The notes under the pieces were generated by a model that ran no database searches, was not told the origin of the DNA, and worked only from the letters and a program-made list of their open reading frames with translations. DNA of 64,000 nt, counting the filler, from Dirinaria sp. TL-2023a (taxonomy: Eukaryota): NCBI GenBank assembly GCA_051941275.1. It is 5 parts of 5 records of this genome, joined end to end, with 100 filler letters (N's around TTAATTAATTAA, not from the genome) between each part and the next. Parts side by side here need not be neighbours in the genome. Positions count along the whole stretch, not along the records: positions 1 to 13,029 come from JAVEBF010000718.1; 4 more parts are not named here. The stretch is one strand, 5' to 3'. Each line of letters starts with the position of its first letter. The first letter of the stretch is position 1. This document shows positions 1 through 10,850 of this stretch, piece by piece. The translations under genes were made by a program, and so were the position numbers.

Positions 1-46
<46 letters not shown>
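1..46. terminator. poly(A) tract; T-run on the minus strand just downstream of the tRNA, likely Pol III terminator (also the window edge)
   Basis: About 46 A on +. On - the tRNA 3' end (69) is followed by CTAGTTTTCCTTTGCG... and then the long T tract. Confidence 0.6.
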
Positions 47-49
<3 letters not shown>

Positions 50-68
50 TTTCGCAAAGGAAAACTAG

Positions 69-228
69 GGGCTCAGCCGGGATTTGAACCCGGGGCCTGT
101 CACAATGAGGAGTGCTTAAGAGCACTCAGGCCGATGAAAACCCGAAGCGACAATCATACCACTGGATTGGAATTAGTTTACAATTTTTTTGGTCCAAGAA
201 TGTCTTCACCAACCTAGACCACTGAGCC
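69..228 (-). tRNA. tRNA-Pro-CGG: tRNA-Pro(CGG) with two intervening sequences (exons 228-214, 161-141, 104-69)
   Basis: Joined exons read GGCTCAG TG GTCT AG TGGTA TGAT T GTCGC TT CGG GT GTGAC AGGCC CCGGG TTCAAAT CCCGG CTGAGCC C. Perfect 7-bp acceptor stem, 5-bp anticodon stem (one G-U), T arm with B-box GGTTCAAATCC; matches the eukaryotic tRNA-Pro consensus. Canonical intron 140-105 (36 nt, after G37). Second insert 213-162 (52 nt) in the D-loop. Confidence 0.93.
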
Positions 229-577
229 GGATTTTAATTAGTGTTCTTATTAAAAAACATATTCAATTACGTATAATTCCGCTTACATAATATCAGAACC
301 CCTACGTTGATTTTCGCAGTCTGTGACTTCAGAAGCCAATAATACAAAATTTCATCGTGATGCAATAGCAGACTCAATTCCTGTGATGGCAGATGACACT
401 TTGTAAAGCTCAAGTCTCTGAGCATGTATCTTACTAATGCCAGCAAAGATACACACAAATTCAGCGTCCTCTCACTATTGTCTTTCACACCTGATACTGG
501 AAGTCACAAAGCCCGGAAACCCTTTGAACCAAAGGGCGAAGCAATATAACATGGCCTATAGTACGCATTGAGCTAGG

Positions 578-2395
578 ATGGATGAAGAGCAGTGGCCCGT
601 AGATGAGCTTAACCGCTGTCTTAGGACGCTTACAATCCTGTTCCCACGCATCCAGCCGGAGGTCTTCCGTGAACTGCTGCTGCCGTACATTGGACGCAGC
701 CAATTGGAGATCGTTACGGAATGGCTGCTAAAAGACCAAGACAAATACGTGAGAGGTCGCTGGAGACCGCCGGGTGGAACAGGCAATCCCGTTGGACAGA
801 GCTCAGAATTACGGGTCCCAAGGCAAGATGAGTTCAGAAGCGAGGGTTACAGGAAAGCAGTCAAGGCAGCGCTGCGCAAGGAGTTCAAAGGACTTAGCAA
901 GAGCTCTATAGACGCGGTACTGGCTGAGAAGAATCATTGTTATACCCTGGCCAGGCCCACGCTCCAGGAAATTGCTGCTAAAAGCTGGAGGTACAGCATT
1001 AGCACTTTCTTTGCCAGATGGAATAAGTACCCAAGAGCTGCCCAAGAGGAGCATCCTATGCTTATTAAAGTCAAAGAATCAGAGCAGACAACTCCAACTT
1101 TCAGGCTGAAAGAGAGCGGAAATGTTGAACTCGACCATGAGTTGTACTTGACCGTATTAGCGCCTGTCCTTGAGAAAGCTAGAACAACTCAGGCGGCTAT
1201 CGACTGGGAGCTTTCATTGTGTGTAAACGAGATGGAAGCCCAAGACGCACGAGCCTTCTATGAATGCGAGTGCTGCTTCTCCGACACCACTTTCGAACAG
1301 ATGGCTACCTGTACGGCTGGCAGCCACGTTATCTGCTTCCACTGTCTGCGCCATGCCGTCAATGAAGCCATATTCGGTCAAGGCTGGGGAAAGAACATCG
1401 ACCATGACCAAGCGCGAATTAAATGTATTGCCCCAACGGCTGGCGAGAGCTGCAATGGCTGCGTGCCCCAAGCAATCGTCAAGCGTGCTATCATCCAAGA
1501 CAAAGGCGGCCCAGATATCTGGAAAACGCTCGAAAACCGTCTGACCTCTGAAGCTCTCTTCAAGGCCCAAATCCCCCTGATTCACTGCCCGTTCTGCTCT
1601 TACGCCGAACTCGACGATCTCTACTTACCTCCATCGTTTATTAAGTACAAACTCAATCTCTCTCAACCGCTTACAACGCTCTTTCTCACCTTCTTAACCA
1701 TCAACTTTCTCCCTCTTCTCTTCCTTTACTCTCTGCTCTGCCACTATATCACAGCTTTCAAGCTCCCCACCCTTTCAGCCCTCATAGCAACCTCCCTAAT
1801 CCACCTCACGCGCCGCAAACACCTCTCTGCGCGCTTCCAATGCCGTTCCCCAAGCTGCTCGAAAGCGTCTTGCCTACACTGCCACAAGGAATGGCACGAC
1901 CCACATAAATGCTACGAATCCGCGACGCTCTCGCTGCGCACCACGATCGAAGCGGCGCGCACCGCGGCTCTGAAACGCACCTGTCCCCGCTGCGGGCTCG
2001 GCTTCATCAAAGAAAACGGCTGCAACAAGATGACCTGCGTCTGCGGCTACGTGATGTGCTACATCTGTCGGCAGGGCTTACTGGCGAAGGGTGCAGCAGC
2101 AGCAGGTCCTGAAGGGGTCCGAGGCGTCTACGAGCATTTCTGTCAGCATTTCCGACCCGCGGGAGGGGGACGTTGCGCGCAGTGCGAGAAGTGCGATCTG
2201 TATAAATCCGAGGACGAAGAGGGGGTGGTGAAGCGAGCTGGCGAGCTCGCTGAACGGGAATGGAGGGAGCGAGAGGGCATGGTGGGCGTTGGTGGCATTG
2301 GGGGTGGATTGGAGCAAGGAAATGCCTGGTGGGAGGAGCAGTGGACCGTGCAGGGGGTGGTGGATTGGTGGGTTCAAGGGCTGGTGACCTGTTGA
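578..2395 (+). CDS. RBR (RING-IBR-RING) E3 ubiquitin ligase, RNF216/TRIAD3-like
   Basis: 605-aa ORF. RING1 CECCF...HVICFHC...C; IBR CPFC...CRSPSC...CLHCHKEWH...C; RING2 KRTCPRCGLGFIKENGCNKMTCVCGYVMCYICR. Confidence 0.9.
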   Translation: MDEEQWPVDELNRCLRTLTILFPRIQPEVFRELLLPYIGRSQLEIVTEWLLKDQDKYVRGRWRPPGGTGNPVGQSSELRVPRQDEFRSEGYRKAVKAALRKEFKGLSKSSIDAVLAEKNHCYTLARPTLQEIAAKSWRYSISTFFARWNKYPRAAQEEHPMLIKVKESEQTTPTFRLKESGNVELDHELYLTVLAPVLEKARTTQAAIDWELSLCVNEMEAQDARAFYECECCFSDTTFEQMATCTAGSHVICFHCLRHAVNEAIFGQGWGKNIDHDQARIKCIAPTAGESCNGCVPQAIVKRAIIQDKGGPDIWKTLENRLTSEALFKAQIPLIHCPFCSYAELDDLYLPPSFIKYKLNLSQPLTTLFLTFLTINFLPLLFLYSLLCHYITAFKLPTLSALIATSLIHLTRRKHLSARFQCRSPSCSKASCLHCHKEWHDPHKCYESATLSLRTTIEAARTAALKRTCPRCGLGFIKENGCNKMTCVCGYVMCYICRQGLLAKGAAAAGPEGVRGVYEHFCQHFRPAGGGRCAQCEKCDLYKSEDEEGVVKRAGELAEREWREREGMVGVGGIGGGLEQGNAWWEEQWTVQGVVDWWVQGLVTC

Positions 2396-2811
2396 AGATT
2401 GAATATCGAGTATCGAATATCGCTTGCCAGTCACGAGCGTTGGCGTCTGGCGTTTGGGGGAGCAGGACTTATGGGGAGCGATGATACCACGGCCGGATGG
2501 GTTGGTATTAGAACTTGTGCCAGGAGCATATTGAAAAGCTATATCTTAAGGAATTCGGCTAACAGGCATAGACATTAGACTGATGCAAAGCTTTGCTGAA
2601 TTGGCAGCCAGCAACACTGCATTCGCATATGGGGTATAGAATACAAGCAAATGCCACCAGCCCACTCGTGCAAAGCTACATACCTACATGTAAATGACCC
2701 ACCAGCAGAAGCATCATACCGTAAACGCTACTCACTTTTCCTCGCAAGATCCCAATTCCAGAAACATACTTACAATACAACGCATTGCCATGTTGTTATT
2801 CATTGAATTCC

Positions 2812-4665
2812 TCACGACCGTTTACCTCGAATCACGTCCTCTGCACCTCTCTTCAGCCCGGTCAAATCCTTCTCCACCGCGTGAGTCTTGCTTCTGACCC
2901 GTTCCTCTCGCTGCGCGACTTCTTTCTCGATCCCTCGGGCCGCGTCTCGCTTCTCCCTCCTCGCATCTTTGTAGCGGTTAAGGAGACTGGCGAATTTCTC
3001 AAGGATGAGATCTCCAGTCTCTTCATACTGCTCAATGGACAAGCTGGCGAATACATTCCGGCGCTGCTCTTCTTTGTCCTTCAGTTGGTATACGTGATCG
3101 AGCTTATCAGCTAGAGAGGCTTGGGCCAGATCGCTCGGGAGCGCGGTACCAGACGGCTTGGGGATATGATCAAAGGACTCGCTGTTCAATAGCTTGTATG
3201 ACATCCCTGCAAGCTCTTCTCGGGTGTAGTCTAACTCTAATGAGCGCTTTCGAGGTTCTGCGATCCTTGGCTCTGCCTTGTTTGGTTGGGGGAGGATGGT
3301 CAACTTCGGCGCCGCGCCGCTGGTTTGATTGGTATAAGCATCCATCTGGGCTTGATTTTCAAGAGCGGCCGTTATTCCTCTATCCTGGACTGCATTTCCC
3401 CCTTCAATGGGGACTTCAGAGTCTAGCTTCAATGGATGAGCATCAACGGCTCCATGGTCCAGCTCTAGATCCGCTTTTCGCGTTCTGCGATTCATTGGTA
3501 TACCATGTACCCCGCTGTCCTTATCGGAAAATTTTCGATCTTCTTCATCGGAGGGTCGAAGCTGGTTCTTAGTCTCTGGCAATTCCTTATTCTTTTCCTT
3601 ATACTGGAGAGAGGGTTGCATTGGATTGACGACTTCTTGCCCAATGTTCTGTTTTGTCTGGACTGGGCTGGTAACAGATTGTCCACCGTCGTTTCCGATC
3701 TCTATCCGGTCAGGCCTCTGAGGAACCTTCCTTGACTGCTTCAGAAATGCTTTCTGCTCAGCGGTCAATGGCGGTCGTGATATTATTTCTGGATTGGCAA
3801 GAGCCACAGACTGCTTCAAACCCTTACGAGGAGTATCGACGACTGTAGACTGTATTGGCTGTTTCTGCTCATGTTGAGCAATCCTCACGGCCAAACTCTT
3901 TTGGGTCGTAGGAGAGTCTATGACGGACTTAATGATCTTTTCTCTTGTATTGGGCGTCTGAATGTTAACAGAGTATCCAGCATCCCACTCTTCAGTATCG
4001 AGACTTTCCTTCCGCTTCTTATTAGATCTATGCTGAATGTCGTTAACGTCACTACCGTGGTCTGTACTATCGTCGTCATCAGAATCCCCCTCGTTTATGT
4101 GGTTGGCATGACGAAGTGAGCCCCGAGAAGATTGCTGTCCGTCGTTGGGGGCACCGTCTACGCTCTCCTCATACTCGGACTGATCTGCGAAATATTCTTG
4201 TGTAATTGCCGCTCTGGCTTCGAGCTGGGAATCAAATGGCTGAGCAAAATCTACTCTGTCTATGTCACTGATGGTGGTCGTTCCATCGGCGTTTTCTATG
4301 TCGGTATCAAAGGGATCATAACCCTTTTCATTCTCTTGATACAAATGAGTATCGGCCTCAGCCCTACTGACAGGACGTGGGGGCGGTGGCATGGTGCCAT
4401 CGTGGGCCCTCGATGTCTTTACAGCCGCCTCAGGCGCGGGGCTCTCGCTACGTGACTGTCTCCAGGAAGCAGGCTTGATCCTTGCATCATTTGCAACTAA
4501 CTGTCGCCGGGAGACTTCTGGAGGAGCTTTCACTGCTGGGCTCCCGTAGATTGGGCTACGGCCATCCGCGTGAACCCAGCCATTTGCACGCCGAATCGCC
4601 AGCTGCCGAACCTCAGGGTCATCTTTTTCAGTAGTCCTGAAGACGAATTTTTCAACGCCAGACAT
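2812..4665 (-). CDS. ECM11 (extracellular mutant protein 11) C-terminal domain protein
   Basis: 617-aa single ORF with a disordered N-terminus. The C-terminus LDYTREELAGMSY...ESFDHIP...FASLSIEQYEETGDLILEKF plus a coiled coil resembles the fungal ECM11 domain. Confidence 0.7.
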   Translation of the reverse strand: MSGVEKFVFRTTEKDDPEVRQLAIRRANGWVHADGRSPIYGSPAVKAPPEVSRRQLVANDARIKPASWRQSRSESPAPEAAVKTSRAHDGTMPPPPRPVSRAEADTHLYQENEKGYDPFDTDIENADGTTTISDIDRVDFAQPFDSQLEARAAITQEYFADQSEYEESVDGAPNDGQQSSRGSLRHANHINEGDSDDDDSTDHGSDVNDIQHRSNKKRKESLDTEEWDAGYSVNIQTPNTREKIIKSVIDSPTTQKSLAVRIAQHEQKQPIQSTVVDTPRKGLKQSVALANPEIISRPPLTAEQKAFLKQSRKVPQRPDRIEIGNDGGQSVTSPVQTKQNIGQEVVNPMQPSLQYKEKNKELPETKNQLRPSDEEDRKFSDKDSGVHGIPMNRRTRKADLELDHGAVDAHPLKLDSEVPIEGGNAVQDRGITAALENQAQMDAYTNQTSGAAPKLTILPQPNKAEPRIAEPRKRSLELDYTREELAGMSYKLLNSESFDHIPKPSGTALPSDLAQASLADKLDHVYQLKDKEEQRRNVFASLSIEQYEETGDLILEKFASLLNRYKDARREKRDAARGIEKEVAQREERVRSKTHAVEKDLTGLKRGAEDVIRGKRS

Positions 4666-5241
4666 GTCTCAGAACAAGAGATATAACCTATTCGCGATGC
4701 AAGGATATCTTGTAGAACAGAGTAAGAATTTGGAAAAAGGGTTATTAGGAAATAAAGCTAGCTTTCAAGCTCGGCTTGATGATGGTAGTCTGATATAGTC
4801 GAGAGGCTCTGTGGCAGCGAAGAGGACCTACTATTCTTTCAGCATTCTTCATCAACGGCACCCAAATCGCTGTATAAGGCATCCATGCTTCTAGACATGG
4901 ACCTCCTAAGCTTGATGTGAGGAAGGAACAAGAGGTACCTGTTATTAGTGAAAGATTTAAAAGTCGAAGATTTACCTTAAGATATTTAGCAGACGCGAAG
5001 ACGCGTGAAGTTTTAAAACACCCGATTGGAACCCCTTGTTGTAAAATACCATCCCAGCCAAGCTACAACTCGAGGCCACGCATCCCTACTGTACCCTACC
5101 TATTTCTGTAGATTAGGCCCAAAACCTATTACATGTTCTTCTCGGGTCGGCATCTTTGCAAAGGACGTATCAGTGTCACACCCTGAAAAGCTTCATTACT
5201 CTCAACATTCTCATGAGTCCTGCTGACGCCAGTCGCTTCCA

Positions 5242-6299
5242 ATGGCCATGATGGCAAGTGCGTCGTCAGGCAACCCATATGACAATTACGACAACAGGGA
5301 AATCGAGCAAGACCTGATAGATCCGGACGACGGTACGTATTTTCGTGGACTGGAAAGACCAAACTAATTGCGTGATCGCTCAGCGAACATCAATGACCTC
5401 GACGATCCTCTACAATCTAACTCAGATCGAGCCCCTTTGACAGGCAACATTCAATCCTCTTCGTCGCGGAACCCTATCTCCCAATCTTACCTTAACTCAT
5501 CAATACCGGGCGAAGATCGTCGCGCGCCAACCAACACCATAGATGAGTCGGTATGGGACACTTTGTCCAGAGATCTTTTGGCGGTGTGGGAAAAGATGAG
5601 ACAAGTGCTATGGCCGAAATACTTACTCGGGGGCATGCTGCAACGCGGTGGAGGCATAGGTGGCGCTGAGCGAGGAGAAGGAGACAGTTTAGCGGGAGGA
5701 GGCCTCAGAGGGTTCGTTGGTAGATGGCCTGATGCGGACGACGTTCTACAGGGCGGTATGAGCGAAGGACTAAGGGACTGGGATCTATGGTTAGACCACC
5801 AATGATGTCTTGTGGCAGTTGAAACTCTTGCTAAACATCTCGGCAGGGGTCCACTGATCTTCTGTCTGCTTCTCAGCTTACTTCTATCGATGACGGCTTC
5901 GAGTGAGCAGAAGACGATAGTCTTTTCGGGCGTCTTCGCCCTCGTATGGATAGGCGAAGCCGTGGTGACAATGCAAATCAAGCTGTTGGGCGGGAACATG
6001 TAAGTGTGGTAGTTGCGTTCCGAGTGCATGACGCTGATGGCTGCTATAGCTCCTTCTTTCAGTCCGTCTGCATTATCGGGTACACCCTATTCCCGCTTGT
6101 CATCGCCGCCCTATTAAGCGCCGTACACCTTCTTACCATTGCTCGTATCCCGATATACCTCGTCCTTATTGCTTGGTCTTTAGCTGCCGGTATTAGCATT
6201 CTCGGCGGCTCAGGCGTAGTGAAGAATCGTGTTGGCATTGCAGTATACCCCTTATTTGTATTCTACCTTGGGCTGGGATGTCTGTGCTTTATAAGCTGA
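5242..6299 (+). CDS. Yip1-domain Golgi membrane protein (Yip4/YIPF6-like), 4 exons
   Basis: Motifs NTIDESVWDTLSRDL, LRDWDLWGPLIFCL, FFQSVCIIGYTLFP, AVYPLFVFY. Introns about 5333-5383, 5790-5847 and 6000-6049 have GT/AG ends and branch sites. Confidence 0.88.
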
Positions 6300-7109
6300 A
6301 ACAATGTACTTCGATGATTTTCCGATAGAGTCAGTTTAGCAAACGCAAGAGAACCCCAGAGTTTTTTCGGTGCAGGCGAAAAGAAGCATGGCGCAGTCCA
6401 AGTTTCAAATTGAGCCTGATGAATAAATATCACGTGTAATTTTGAAAGGGGTGAGGTGTACCTTAATCACCCGAGTCAGCTACCCTCCTACCTACCTTAG
6501 GTACCTTAGGTATTGCTCTGGTGAAAGCTTGGCGGCTACGTATGCTACGTATGAGCCTTTATCGTTTGCGGCTTGTGTACTTTACCTACTTCTGCTACTA
6601 CTAGCAGTAGCACTCCATTTCTCCACTCGCAGATCGCGGACTATGCCATCAGCCCATCTCTACTATGATCCACTCTATCCTTCTCAGGAATCTATGCTGT
6701 GATCCCTCTACAAGGACTTCCTGTTTCCGATCTGCATCCTCGTCTTGACATCATCACCTTCCAAGCAAGGATCTTGTACTCTGACTGCAACCAACCGGCT
6801 ATTTGCAGAATCTTCCAATTTCAACTTGAAACTCGGGGAAAGCAGTCAATCACACCAACTGAAACAAGATCTGCTTGTGCTTCCAGACTGCTCAGCGAAG
6901 ATTGCATCTGGCCGTCAATCGGCTTGTGGTACTGCTATCTCTAGGCGTTGACTCGCTACTTCTGCTCGTGGGATGGCGGCATGAATGCGGGCACTTGCAC
7001 ATTCCATACACCGATCCAGCCTCGACTACGCATCTAGTTTCGTGTTTCCTCCTTTGCCCGACCTCCATCAGGTATTATCGGTCCCCCTTCCCTGAACCAA
7101 ACGTTCGCC

Positions 7110-9143
7110 ATGGAAGATCCAGAGCAACCCCAGAATAGTGTCATGCCGGACAGTCTACAGTCGCCGTCCTCAAATGAAGGTTTCCAAACCTCGCCAACCC
7201 AGTTGCCAGTCGTCAACTCGAGCGAAGACCAGGTTAGCGACAACGAAACTAGTGAAGGCCCGGTCCGTGAAAAGCTCAAGAAAACCTCGATAGCCTCTAT
7301 ACCACGACAGAGTGAGCTAAATCAGCATACCGGAGACAGGACAGGAGAACCATCGCCGTCTATTGCCCAAGTTCTGGATAACCCTACGTCTACCATTCAA
7401 GAAGCGGCTACACAACTCCGTGGGCGGCCAACAAGGAAGCGATCGTTCGATGAAACGGGGACTGAAAAGACCGCACATGCTCATAATCAGCCAGAGGCTA
7501 GTATTCTAAGTGGACGAGAACGAAAGAGGTCGAAGGAAGTAAGTTCCACCAGGAGTTTCAGCGTAAAAGATCAGGAGCAGAAGCCAGCCTCGTTTCCTGT
7601 CTTAGAAGATGCGGTACAGCCCGCACAAGCTGCTGAGTCTGGTAATGAAGCCCCTCAAGTAAGCGAAAGATCAGAAGAGAACGAAGAACTTGTCAGCTCA
7701 GCTTCGGTCCATCCAAATTCAACGGATCAAGAAATGCAGGATTCAGTGTTCAGCCCACGTAAGAAACGGAGTAGGGATCAATGGGACGCAGAATTGCAGA
7801 GAGAGCAGAAAATAATTGCTACAGAAGAGTCCAAAGCGCACAGGCGGTCAGAAGAGCATGAGAGACAGAAAGATACTAGATCTGAGGGGGAAGAAGCCGC
7901 GCGTACAGTATCGGGCACCAATATGCCTGGAGATGATGTAGTTTCAGGCTCTGTGAAGGTATATCCAGCACCGTGTTCATCCGTCAACCTTGCTTCAGTA
8001 CTCATGCTGCCGCAGAATGGTACAGACGCTGCTCCGGATAGTGCTCCAACAACCGCTCCAGCCACCAGCTCTGTAGATACACAATCCACAGTCAAGCCTT
8101 CATCTGCACGCGAAAATAGCTCTACACGTCCGGATTCAAAGGCCTTGGGATATGATTTCTCCAACTCCGCATTTGGAGCCTTTTCAAAATCCTCCGTGTC
8201 GCCTTTCGCGATTGGGTCTTCTACAGGAAATGGACTGAGAACTTTTGCTTCCCCAACACCGTCTAACCTCGTGGAGACCGCGCCAGCTGGGCAGACACAG
8301 GAGGGCTCTAGGCAACTTTCAAGCAATGGTTTTCCAGGTAACAGTATGCCAGCCGGCCCAGGAACCAAGGGTGAAGGACTTTTTTCATTGTTCGGCGGAG
8401 GCGGAAGCAGCAACTCGAACGGCACAGCCTTTGGTGCCCCAAGCCCATTCGCAAAACCTTTGGGGGCACCCAAGCTCACATCCTTTGCTAACCCCACAGG
8501 AGGAAACAATACCTTCGGAACGGGTGGGCCAATTAAGCCTATAGGTGATGCGAAGGATAGTGACGATGAGAAGAGTGGAAGCGAAGGTGAAGGGCAAGCC
8601 AGTAAAGAGTTTGAAGCAGACGAAGAGGAAACAGATCCTCGTTTCCAATATCAAGAAAGTAAGTCGCTCCGTACCGGCTTCTAACCCCCATGCTCTAACC
8701 GAAATAGTGGACACCGGTGAGGAAGGCGAAGATCCAGTCTTCACATGTGGCCGAGCAAAGCTCTACGGCTGGGAAGGCAAATGGAAAGAGCGTGGAACGG
8801 GCATTCTCAAGTTCAACGTGTCGACGTCGTTGCAAGAAGGTCCTGATGGACCGCAGAGAAAAGCGCGCTTCATCATGCGAGCCCATCAAACCTACCGGGT
8901 CTTACTCAACAGCCCAGTCTTCAAGGAGATGAAGATTGGCGATCTTAAAGGCAACGAGCCGGCGAAGAAACAAGTATCTATAGCCGTCATAGAGGATGGC
9001 AAGCCGACGCCTTACCTTATAAATGTAACTCCACAGTATTCAACAGCCTTTCAAAGCATCAGCTAACTCTCTTCCAGCTTACCAGTGAAATTGAAGCCCA
9101 GACGCTCTATCGAGAAGTGAAGAAAATGCAGGAGCAACTTTAG
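7110..9143 (+). CDS. Ran-binding (RanBD1) domain protein / nucleoporin (Yrb2/Nup50/NUP56-like)
   Basis: Disordered N-terminus with FG-like motifs. C-terminal VDTGEEGEDPVF..RAKLY..WKERGTG..ARFIMRAHQTYRVLLN is a RanBD. Introns about 7959-8015 (in-frame, no stop), 8659-8708, 9024-9077. Confidence 0.85.
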
Positions 9144-10850
9144 GGGTCGGCTACCGTTGGTTATCGCTCCTCAACACACAGTCGTCGACTTCACGCCGGT
9201 CGTGCCGTCTCCCAGGGCTGAAACCAACAACATCTTCTTTCGAGGCGGATCAGCACTATTGCTGCTGCGAGTCGGTCATGTTCAGGATGTCTCTGTGTTG
9301 CACGTGTGTGTAACCGCGTATTAGCGGTAGTAGGGACGGTGCCTCATGGATTGATCCCCCGGATGTCACGGCATTTCCGGTCTGCGCGATGGATATGTCA
9401 TCTGATGCTTGATGGGGTTCTGAGGGCAACAAGCTTGCGTGGATATGGCCGGGACGAAGACATCGAGATTCTAGATATTGTAGCGGGCCACAGTACAGCA
9501 CTATTTCGGGTATCACCACCAGCGATTGATTTTTTGAAGGATTCGCCACGCAGGCCTAGAGTCTGCATCCGCTTAGCGGTGCGGCAGTCGTCCGTCACAA
9601 GATGAATGTAGCTTTGCAATAGAGTTCGGTACGTCTATGGCAACGTGTTCGTGTTGATTGTCGGCTCCAGCAAGGGAATCCAGTGACTTCAAGGTCTGGG
9701 ATTCACCCAGGAAGGCTTGGACAGGGCAAGTATGGCACTGGGTCGTGGCCGGTGTGCCTCCATGCATAGTGATCGATGATTCGTCGTTTCATGTCTACAG
9801 TGTATTCGATAACTCGACATGCTCATGTTTGGTGGGAATGGAGAATTCGCCTCCCCGGCCACCCACCCCTGAACTCCGAACTCCGAGCCGTCCATTCCAT
9901 GTAGCACATCAATTTTACTTTATAGTAAGCGCTATTGCATTCCATTACTCAAACTCCCCAAGGTCCCACACTCCCACTTGACTGCTTCATAATGTTTGCT
10001 GATGTTTGCTTTCGCTCGTCGTCATTCCCACGGGGGTCGGGAGTGGGGGAAACGATAATCAAGGAGGGCGTCGATTGGATGAAAAATCTCCGTTTCTGTT
10101 CCTGTTCCCTGTCAAGCCTGTCTTGGATCTTCACCAGTGGCCCGATTGAGCTGCCAGATTCTGCAGGCAGTAAGTGGTACTAGTAGTGCAGTCAGACCAT
10201 CTACATACTTTATGAGGTACCTTATGGCCACCCTTGCCACATCCGCCTGACGCCTCTCGGCTTGACCATCCCACTCCCCCTAGATACGTCGATCCCGTTG
10301 GTGCCTTCCCGGATTAAGGATTCGCGGCATTGGCCGGCCAGCTTTTCGACACGACGAAATATCTGACTGACGATACATGCTGCATCTGGTTTCGTTCACG
10401 GCTCGATACCTTTCTGCTTCGGTTCTTGATCCAATAGTCCGCTTTGGCACCACGAGGCCTCGTCGTACCTGGCAACTCCACTTCATGTCAGGGGAAAGCT
10501 TGTATCGATCGTGCCCACACATTGGGCACGACCTCATCACATCACATTGTTCGGCGCAACTGGCTTCCGGCATGGCTGGCCTGTGGCGGTATCTCGTATG
10601 GCCTTCGTCTCCTTGTGTTCTACAGAATCGTCTATTCTTGAATATACTTCTCGGTACTCGCTCGTTACTTTATTATGAAGGAGGGAGTCGCTATCTCCAG
10701 CGTCCGCCGAGAGACCTTGATGTCTTTGACGACGGATCTGGGGAAACCGCTCCCTCCTCAACATCTCTCCTATAATCTCTCTTCTCGACTTTTAAGCCCA
10801 AGCTGTGGTAAGATACGGGTTGCTTTAGAGGACGTGAGAGCCCATTGAAG

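Noticed and set aside
267..488. 73-aa minus-strand ORF just upstream of the tRNA as a host mRNA explaining the GT-AG intron
   Set aside because: No recognisable protein features and it stops before the tRNA. It cannot be supported as a gene, although Pol II read-through is not excluded.
7778..8509. 243-aa antisense ORF in the Ran-binding protein gene
   Set aside because: Shadow of a low-complexity Ser/Gly/Pro coding region.
9250..10200. Several short minus-strand ORFs as an unrecognised gene or pseudogene
   Set aside because: No motif recognised and no consistent splice model found.
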